From an uncultured Dehalococcoidales bacterium (GTDB taxonomy: Bacteria; Chloroflexota; Dehalococcoidia; GIF9; UBA5629): DNA of 46,666 nt. The notes beneath the pieces were generated by a model. It was not told the DNA's origin. It saw nothing but the letters and a program-made list of their open reading frames with translations, and made no database searches. Made by a program: the position numbers and the translations under genes. This document shows, one piece after another, positions 1-6,274 of this stretch (within the stretch, counting starts at the first letter, position 1; the number at the start of each line of letters is the position of its first letter). The DNA lies in NCBI GenBank assembly GCA_964413085.1, contig CAYPRI010000006.1:1-46666 (forward strand), written 5' to 3'.

Positions 1-98
1 GGCTTATTGACGGCGGGTGGGCAAGAACAGATTCGAATTAAAGAAGACGATTGTGGGTAGGTCGAGACATCTAATATAGCTTCACTCTATCTCAAAAT

Positions 99-127
99 TT
101 GACAGAATATGATATATATGTCATAAT
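99..127 (+). promoter_or_regulatory. sigma70-type promoter with overlapping inverted repeat (TA operator); probably leaderless
   Basis: TTGACA(99-104)-17 nt-CATAAT(122-127); imperfect palindrome ATGATATATATGTCAT across spacer/-10; ATG 8 nt after the -10, no SD. Confidence 0.7.
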
Positions 128-135
128 TCTCTTTA

Positions 136-495
136 ATGGACTGGCAAATAGAATTCTATTTGACCGAGAGGGGTGAGTCGCCGATTGAAGACGATATAGC
201 TGATTTTCCCAAGAAAGCTGGCGCTAAAATACTCAGATGGTTGGATCAACTAGAGAAGTACGGACTAAGCAATTTAAAAGACTATATAACAAAGCTCGAG
301 GGATATAACCTATTTGAATTTAAGATTTTACATGCGGGCAATTATTATCGTATCTTCTTTTGCTCCTACGAAAATAAACGATTAACACTATTCCACATTT
401 TCAAAAAGAAATCGAATAAAACACCTCGACGTGAAATTGAGAAGGCAATGAGCAGGAAACAAGATTACGATTCTCGCTCACGGACACATAATTGA
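136..495 (+). CDS. RelE/ParE-superfamily toxin (HigB/Gp49-like)
   Basis: W-I-FY..GESP N-terminus, LFEFKI..YYRIFF, LFHIFKKKSNKTPRREIEKA C-terminus typical of Gp49/HigB; lies upstream of an XRE gene. Confidence 0.85.
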   Translation: MDWQIEFYLTERGESPIEDDIADFPKKAGAKILRWLDQLEKYGLSNLKDYITKLEGYNLFEFKILHAGNYYRIFFCSYENKRLTLFHIFKKKSNKTPRREIEKAMSRKQDYDSRSRTHN

Positions 496-570
496 GTAAT
501 TAACATTGGAGGTAATTGGTTATGTAAGAATAAAAACGCTAAGAAAAAATACAGATGGAAAGATGGATAG

Positions 571-918
571 ATGGAAATGAAAAATAAATTACACGAAATT
601 AAGGATATTGGGGGTATAAGGACATACAAAGAAGTAAAGCAAAGGTTTTTAGCGGACCCGGAGTTTCGAAAGGAATACGAGGCGCTAGGACCCGAGTTCG
701 AGTTAATTGAATTCATAATCAGACGCCGAATGGAACTGAAAATGAGTCAAGAAGAATTAGCAGCCAAGATAGGAACCGGACAGGCTGCTATATCCAGGTT
801 GGAGAGTGGTAATGCCAACCCTACACTGGCATCACTTAATGAAATTGCAGAAGCTTTAGATGCTGAACTCAAAATTGAGCTAAAACCTAAGAATAAACAA
901 AGATTAGCTACAGCTTGA
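571..918 (+). CDS. XRE-family HTH antitoxin (HigA-like)
   Basis: DPEFRKEYEAL...RRRMELKMSQEELAAKIGTGQAAISRLESGNANPTLASL; start may be 577. Confidence 0.88.
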   Translation: MEMKNKLHEIKDIGGIRTYKEVKQRFLADPEFRKEYEALGPEFELIEFIIRRRMELKMSQEELAAKIGTGQAAISRLESGNANPTLASLNEIAEALDAELKIELKPKNKQRLATA

Positions 919-979
919 ATTATCAGATTTTTATGAACATAACAGCTATAAATGAAGCAGCGGAAAAAGGATTAATATT

Positions 980-1246
980 ATGAGGCTGGGAGAAATTATC
1001 ACACTCATAGTATTCATGGTATTTGTACTACCTTTGCTCTTGACTTTTGTAGGCTGGGCTATCTCAAGCGTAATTAATCCAACGCCCGAAAATATTGAAA
1101 AAGGAACCGAGCTTATTGCTCAAGCAGCCACGCCTTGGTGGGTTACCGTTTTCCAATGGATAGGGGATCATACTACAGGTCTTTTAGCCACGATATTGAT
1201 CCTCGGCATTATTCTAATCCTAAAATACAACCCACAACTTATATAA
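980..1246 (+). CDS. small two-TM membrane protein, unknown function
   Basis: AAGGA SD; two hydrophobic stretches (N- and C-terminal). Confidence 0.7.
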   Translation: MRLGEIITLIVFMVFVLPLLLTFVGWAISSVINPTPENIEKGTELIAQAATPWWVTVFQWIGDHTTGLLATILILGIILILKYNPQLI

Positions 1247-1309
1247 AATAATCAAAGATTTCACTTTTTAGGAAACAATTCGAAGCTAAATAGATATTTG
1301 ATTTGAAAA

Positions 1310-2533
1310 TTAAGGAGCACCTAGAAACAGACGGTGCTCATACTTAGCCTGCCGCGGATTATACTCAAAACGAATACCAACTACGCGATACTTAGAAGCC
1401 GACCGATTGGCTCCGGAATCCGATATTTGCACCACATCAAATAACTCCTGGCCACAATTAGGCGGAATGAGAATAATTCCCATGGCTTTTGTAAGCCGCA
1501 TCTTTGAAAGTATAGCATTAGCCACACTCGCCACCTGGCTATCAATGGGGATCGCCAGCTCCTGCTGGCAATCCAACCTCTCACCAACAAGATCCAGCTC
1601 GGCGGAATCTACCGCGTTACCATAGACCGGGTAGCCGTTCTGGTCCTGGCCAACGACAAACGACCGATTAACTCCCGGCGTCTCAATAGCGTATTGACCT
1701 TCCAGGATAACATGCCAGACATACTTATGAAGCGTTGGAATACCGATCGATACTTGCTGAATAATACCGGATGGCTTAAGTACACCTACGTCAAACAAAA
1801 TAGGCTGTCCAATATCGATAACATGGACAATACTCGGAGGACTTATTAACTGGGGATAGGAAAGAGACGGCTCACCCACGGAAACAGAAACAATGGTACT
1901 ATCGGGCAAAATAGAGAACTTCCCCATTGACAACGCCGGCTGCCCTACGCTGACGGACTGGACCATAGCCGAGGGCTTAACAAACAGAACGAGCGACGGC
2001 ACACCTAAAACCAAGGCTTGGGCTATTCCCAACGGAGATATCGTCTGCGGAGCGCTGGCCGTGAAATCAACTACCAACCAGACCTGAGTACCTGAGGCAC
2101 CAGATCCCTTTCCGTCATTGCCGGCTAAACCAAGACCGGCTTGCGCGGCGTTGACTTTAGCCCACGTCCAGGCTACACCATCCATAATGGCATACTGAGT
2201 ATAATATTCGGTCCAAGCTCCCACCGGGATTGACTGTAAATTACCAGAATAAATAGTACTTCCCGATTTCAGCTCAGTGCGAGCATATCCCCCACCAGCA
2301 GTATAAACCCTAATATATGCACGAACCCAGTTAATGGTCCCCTGCTGGCCGGTATCCGCCATGGCATAGAGATCACGAACCAAGCCTGAGCTTACAGTAC
2401 TACTAACAGTAGTGGCTGCATCATCGGAAACTGACTCGTCTACTTTGTCCCAATGATAACCAGTATCAGGATATTGAGCTGGAATAGAAGTCTCATCTCC
2501 TGCACCATTGGGACGTAAAATGAGCTGTGGCAT
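1310..2533 (-). CDS. phage tail/virion-like protein with five internal repeats
   Basis: 407 aa; Gly/Ser/Thr/Trp-rich N-domain, five xxPxxIxxxVxxGxPxL repeats, C-terminal PPNCGQELFDVVQISD...YRVVGI segment reminiscent of tail-hub C-termini (inference). Confidence 0.55.
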   Translation of the reverse strand: MPQLILRPNGAGDETSIPAQYPDTGYHWDKVDESVSDDAATTVSSTVSSGLVRDLYAMADTGQQGTINWVRAYIRVYTAGGGYARTELKSGSTIYSGNLQSIPVGAWTEYYTQYAIMDGVAWTWAKVNAAQAGLGLAGNDGKGSGASGTQVWLVVDFTASAPQTISPLGIAQALVLGVPSLVLFVKPSAMVQSVSVGQPALSMGKFSILPDSTIVSVSVGEPSLSYPQLISPPSIVHVIDIGQPILFDVGVLKPSGIIQQVSIGIPTLHKYVWHVILEGQYAIETPGVNRSFVVGQDQNGYPVYGNAVDSAELDLVGERLDCQQELAIPIDSQVASVANAILSKMRLTKAMGIILIPPNCGQELFDVVQISDSGANRSASKYRVVGIRFEYNPRQAKYEHRLFLGAP

Positions 2534-2536
2534 TCA

Positions 2537-3034
2537 TTAGCTCCAGAAAACATCAAAATCAAACGGCTCCATCTTGCCACCGCGGATACCATGACCCGGC
2601 GGGCAGAATGTCTGAACCGTCTTACCATCTGCTTTTAACTTTCTGTACTTATCCATAGAGAAAGTAATCTTGGTGCTACCCGCAGCTAAAGACTTTGTCT
2701 TCATGGCATGAAACAAGCCACGCTTAAAATCATCCTTGGTTGCCGGCGTTCCCATGGCTGCACATGAAGCATTGCCGTGGACTTTCCGGCATGTTGGAGT
2801 GCCTCTATAACCGGCGCAAAGATCGCACTCGCCCTCGAGGGTACATCTCTTATCGTACTCTTCCCAGCAGAGCTGCCTATTAAAATCGTAGAAAGCCTGT
2901 ATGCCTGAATACCCTAACTTCTGAATATCGGCCAGCAGCTGCGCCGACTCATCCAGTGTTGGATCCGCGGCATGACGGACTCTATATGCGTCTATCAGCT
3001 GGCGGCCGGCCAGCAAGCGGTCAACATCAGACAT
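2537..3034 (-). CDS. Cys-rich hypothetical protein
   Basis: 165 aa, GAGG SD, tightly packed between neighbours; CxxxxxCxxC...C...C cluster. Confidence 0.7.
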   Translation of the reverse strand: MSDVDRLLAGRQLIDAYRVRHAADPTLDESAQLLADIQKLGYSGIQAFYDFNRQLCWEEYDKRCTLEGECDLCAGYRGTPTCRKVHGNASCAAMGTPATKDDFKRGLFHAMKTKSLAAGSTKITFSMDKYRKLKADGKTVQTFCPPGHGIRGGKMEPFDFDVFWS

Positions 3035-3048
3035 ATATAACCTCTACC

Positions 3049-3390
3049 TTATTTAATAAGAGCCTTGATACCCAAGGGCACGGCGATATCAGTTAAGACC
3101 TTGGTAATGGCTTCCTTCAAGGTTTTCTTCTGCTCTCTGGTTATGCTGTAGCGGGTCCGGACCAAGCGGGCGATGGTATTAGCAGCAACGAGATGGAGAT
3201 CGAACCTCTCCGGCTGCTTATCAATGAGATTGCGGAGCTTTAACCGGAGTATAGCGATCTCCTCATCAATGCCCTCTACCTCCCGGGCCTGAGCGAGCTC
3301 AAGCTTTTCTGACTCGTCAAGTACCTGGCTGTAGAACCCGTGCTTCCTGGCATTCTGATTTCCTTTCGGAGCGCCTCTTTTCTTCTTCAA
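3049..3390 (-). CDS. terminase small subunit-like protein
   Basis: N-terminal KRGAPKGNQNARKHGFYS (GAPxGNxNAxxHG motif of phage TerS families) followed by predicted helices; TTG start. Confidence 0.65.
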   Translation of the reverse strand: MKKKRGAPKGNQNARKHGFYSQVLDESEKLELAQAREVEGIDEEIAILRLKLRNLIDKQPERFDLHLVAANTIARLVRTRYSITREQKKTLKEAITKVLTDIAVPLGIKALIK

Positions 3391-3484
3391 TTCTTTTCAC
3401 CATTGCCTTTAGCAGCCCGTAGACAAGTAGCCGGGCGGCTAGATCGTAATTTTGCTGGTCAAGGGCGGCTTTTAATAACGACAT
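3317..3484 (-). CDS. 55-aa hypothetical protein (not in ORF track)
   Basis: AAGGAGAG SD then ATG at 3484: MSLLKAALDQQNYDLAARLLVYGLLKAMVKRIEEEKRRSERKSECQEARVLQPGT; fills the rep-terS gap and overlaps both. Confidence 0.6.
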   Translation of the reverse strand: MSLLKAALDQQNYDLAARLLVYGLLKAMVKRIEEEKRRSERKSECQEARVLQPGT

Positions 3485-5288
3485 GCTGACTCTCCTTATG
3501 GTTTGATTCTATAGAAATAAGCTTGGCGCCGGCGCGCTTCTTAGCCTCATGGATGATACGCAATGTTGCCTGGGGCACTCTATACCGGCCGACTTCTTCC
3601 ATCTCTGCCTGGGTATAAACAACATATCCGGCAGGGACATCTTTGACCGACTCATCGCGGACCAAGGCGATTATCTCGCCATCAAGGGCAGCGCACTGCC
3701 AGAGGCACCAGCCCCGCTTCTCAAGAAACTCTTCGGTAGTAACTTCCTCTTGAATAGGGGCGTCCTTAGAAAATGCGTCCCTTTTGTCCCCAACGTCCCC
3801 TTGAAGCTGACTTTCCACTAGCTGGGGGGACGATTGGGACGTTTGGGACGTAAAATCAAGGGGCGTATCACTAAAGCCGTATTCAGCAGTTAGATGGTTC
3901 AAAAGCTCGAGGTCATAGCAATAGCGCCGCTTGCTGGCATGCCGGCGGGACAGCTGGAAACCGAGGCGGCGCAAGACCTTACCGATATACCGTGATGATT
4001 CTTTATGCAAGTCACTGCGCTCTTGATTAACCTTATCAGTTATAAGGTCGACTTCGATTTTGCCATCTTCAACCGCTGACTGGAGGTCCAGCAACGCCTT
4101 TATTACCTCTCCCTCCAGAGTAGACGATTTGCCTTGTCGTCGTTTCTCGTTGAACTCCTGCACGAGCTCCTCAAACTGAGGGCAATGAGACGGGGACACG
4201 AGATTGATTATCTGCCATAGCGGTATGGCGATATCATTCAGCCGGCCCATGGGAAACTGCGGAGGCAAAGGCAGAGCGAGCTTATCTAACAGGAAATGGG
4301 CGCGCCAGGCAAGCAGCCTCTCCCGGAAGGGCAGGCCATGCTGGGGCTGGGGCTTGGGGAAGTTAACATGAGCGAAGGGCATATCAATGGAAAAGGACCG
4401 GCTTTCCATGACCTCATTAATCGGCTCGTTAGTGGCGATGGCGGTGGCGCCGAAGATATCGTAGAAACGGCTGTCCTTAAAGGGGCCCCACTCCGGGTGA
4501 AGGACCCGCTGGACCTTGGCTCCTTTTTCAAAGCGCTGGAGGACAATATCCAGACTGCTTTCCCTGACGGCTTTCTTTGACAGATTGGAGACATCGATGA
4601 AGAGAGTAGCGGCGAGGTCGTGGGAGGAACGGAAGAGGTTGGCTTCCCTGAGGTTCTCTTGGTGAATGCCGCGGTAGGAAACATAAATCATAGATTGACC
4701 GGTCTTGGTCTTGCCTCTTTCCGGGACTGCATAAAGATAGATATAGCCGGAATAATTTAGGTGCTCGATGATATAGGTAGAGAAATCCCAGGCGGCAAGG
4801 AGGACATAGTAGGCTGCGGACGGTAGCTGCGCGAAAGATTTGTGGTAGTCGATGAGATCCTGGAAGAGAACCTGGGAAGTATCTTCGTGGTACGCCCGAC
4901 TGATCTCTTTCCAGCGGGGGATAAGAAAAGGGAGCTGGTCTTTAGGGGGTGGGAAAGCAACCTTGCCGCCCAGGGAAACCGAGGGAACTGTCTTTAGCTG
5001 AAGTCCTTCGATAATAAGGAAGAGGAGATTGCCGTTATCTTCAACTATGTCGACCAAATTGGGGAAGCGGGCCAGATAACAGGACTGGACAGCCGGCTCC
5101 TTCTTGGGGAGCTCAAACTTAGGTGGGCTTGATAAGGCTACTGGTTTTTTATCAGGCTTTATGAACTCTTCCAGCTTATGGATAGAACCGTCAGGCATAT
5201 GCACCTGCTGGATAATCCTGCCGTCAGAATGCTGCGCCGGCATGATAAAAGCACCATCAGGGATCTTGGAATGGTCAACGCGGGACAT
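3459..5288 (-). CDS. replication protein, P-loop NTPase/helicase-like (DUF3631-like) with winged-helix-like C-terminal part
   Basis: Walker A-like AVPERGKTKT, Walker B-like TLFID, IATN..ESR sensor/Arg-finger-like segment, IGKVLRRLGF wHTH-like motif; directly follows xis; likely start ATG 5288 (track ORF extends to 5363). Confidence 0.65.
   Translation of the reverse strand: MSRVDHSKIPDGAFIMPAQHSDGRIIQQVHMPDGSIHKLEEFIKPDKKPVALSSPPKFELPKKEPAVQSCYLARFPNLVDIVEDNGNLLFLIIEGLQLKTVPSVSLGGKVAFPPPKDQLPFLIPRWKEISRAYHEDTSQVLFQDLIDYHKSFAQLPSAAYYVLLAAWDFSTYIIEHLNYSGYIYLYAVPERGKTKTGQSMIYVSYRGIHQENLREANLFRSSHDLAATLFIDVSNLSKKAVRESSLDIVLQRFEKGAKVQRVLHPEWGPFKDSRFYDIFGATAIATNEPINEVMESRSFSIDMPFAHVNFPKPQPQHGLPFRERLLAWRAHFLLDKLALPLPPQFPMGRLNDIAIPLWQIINLVSPSHCPQFEELVQEFNEKRRQGKSSTLEGEVIKALLDLQSAVEDGKIEVDLITDKVNQERSDLHKESSRYIGKVLRRLGFQLSRRHASKRRYCYDLELLNHLTAEYGFSDTPLDFTSQTSQSSPQLVESQLQGDVGDKRDAFSKDAPIQEEVTTEEFLEKRGWCLWQCAALDGEIIALVRDESVKDVPAGYVVYTQAEMEEVGRYRVPQATLRIIHEAKKRAGAKLISIESNHKESQHVVIKSRP
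3776..3850. repeat. inverted iteron array, putative replication origin
   Basis: CGTCCC 3776, TGTCCC 3785, CGTCCC 3794 then GGGACG 3827, 3836, 3845; 9-bp period, 27-bp spacer. Confidence 0.75.
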
Positions 5289-5304
5289 AGAACTGGCATC
5301 CTCG

Positions 5305-5487
5305 CTAGCTGGGAGTAACGGCCAGCTCCAGCATGTTCTGGACGGCTTTCTTGGGGACGACAAGCCTCTTGCCGAAGCGAAGAGTGGGGAGCTTACCAGT
5401 GCGGGCCATCTCGTAGGCCAGGGCGCGGCTGATACCCAGGAGTTTGCCGGCTTCTTCTACAGTAAAAGTTAGTTTTTCTTCTGCCAT
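5305..5487 (-). CDS. excisionase / HTH_17 DNA-binding protein
   Basis: LTFTVEEAGKLLGISRALAYEMARTGKLPTLRFGKRLVVPK; AGGAG SD. Confidence 0.9.
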   Translation of the reverse strand: MAEEKLTFTVEEAGKLLGISRALAYEMARTGKLPTLRFGKRLVVPKKAVQNMLELAVTPS

Positions 5488-5503
5488 TACGTTAGTTCTC
5501 CTA

Positions 5504-5556
5504 TTGACAAGTGATGGGGTGTATACTACAATAGAACAAATGTTTCACTTGGTCAA
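5504..5556. promoter_or_regulatory. overlapping divergent sigma70 promoters with LexA (Cheo-type) box
   Basis: + strand TTGACA(5504)-17-TACAAT(5527); - strand TTGACC(5556-5551)-17-TATTGT; AGAAC-AAAT-GTTTC at 5533-5546. Confidence 0.65.
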
Positions 5557-5579
5557 GGAGTTTTTGTCCACCCCTACTT

Positions 5580-6233
5580 ATGATAAAGTGGCTAAACGGG
5601 GGGCAGTTTATGTATAAAAAGAACCAAATCAGTGCCATGACAAATTTTCATATACCAGACTGCGAAGAATTTAAAGATGGAATCAACGCTTATAATATGA
5701 AGGAGAAACGCGGCCCGATATGGTTCAGTGCCCTATCAACAGTAACAACAAACTGGGGGAAGCCAGCAAAAATGGCGGAGGGAATACACGAATTAATTAA
5801 AGGTTGGAACAGATTTTATTCAGATATAGACCTACAGAAATTAAGCACCTGCATAAAAAAGAATCAAACTACCTTAACGGGACTAAAAGGCAGACATATT
5901 ATTAGCCTATCAAATAAAGACATACCGATAATTGAGGACTTATTTAGACAATTTCTTTCTGCTTTAGCACGAGTCAAAGATGATAGAGAAAGTCCAGTAT
6001 CTGTCGCCAAAGCATTTAGTTTATTAGCTCCAGACTTTTTACCCATATGGGATATTTTAATAGCATGGGCATATGGTTCTATAACAGCATCAGGGACATA
6101 CATACCTTTTTGTCTGAAAATGAAAATATTGTATGAAAAAGTAAAACACTGCATCCCGCCCGGGGACGACAGATCTCTTTTGAAAAGAATAGATGAATAT
6201 AATTATTCCAAATATACTATGAAATGGATATAG
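5580..6233 (+). CDS. hypothetical protein, HhH-GPD/OGG-fold DNA glycosylase-like
   Basis: SPVSVAKAFSLLAPDFLPIWD and LLKRIDEYNY motifs; AT-rich; true start may be 5610 or 5637. Confidence 0.5.
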   Translation: MIKWLNGGQFMYKKNQISAMTNFHIPDCEEFKDGINAYNMKEKRGPIWFSALSTVTTNWGKPAKMAEGIHELIKGWNRFYSDIDLQKLSTCIKKNQTTLTGLKGRHIISLSNKDIPIIEDLFRQFLSALARVKDDRESPVSVAKAFSLLAPDFLPIWDILIAWAYGSITASGTYIPFCLKMKILYEKVKHCIPPGDDRSLLKRIDEYNYSKYTMKWI

Positions 6234-6274
6234 AATAATATAGAAAGACTTTAAAGTGAAAGCATGAGAATACT

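Noticed and set aside
1-60. Possible 3' end of an upstream CDS (stop TAG at 58-60) and GATTCGAA resembling the tRNA T-loop
   Set aside because: Too short to assign; the 8-bp match does not extend, so it is not the second att site.
1310-2533. Diversity-generating retroelement or invertible tail cassette
   Set aside because: No reverse transcriptase, no template/variable repeat pair, no invertase or flanking inverted repeats seen.
5289-5363. N-terminal extension of the rep ORF overlapping xis
   Set aside because: Reads as an alternative frame of xis; ATG 5288 just after the xis stop is the more plausible start.
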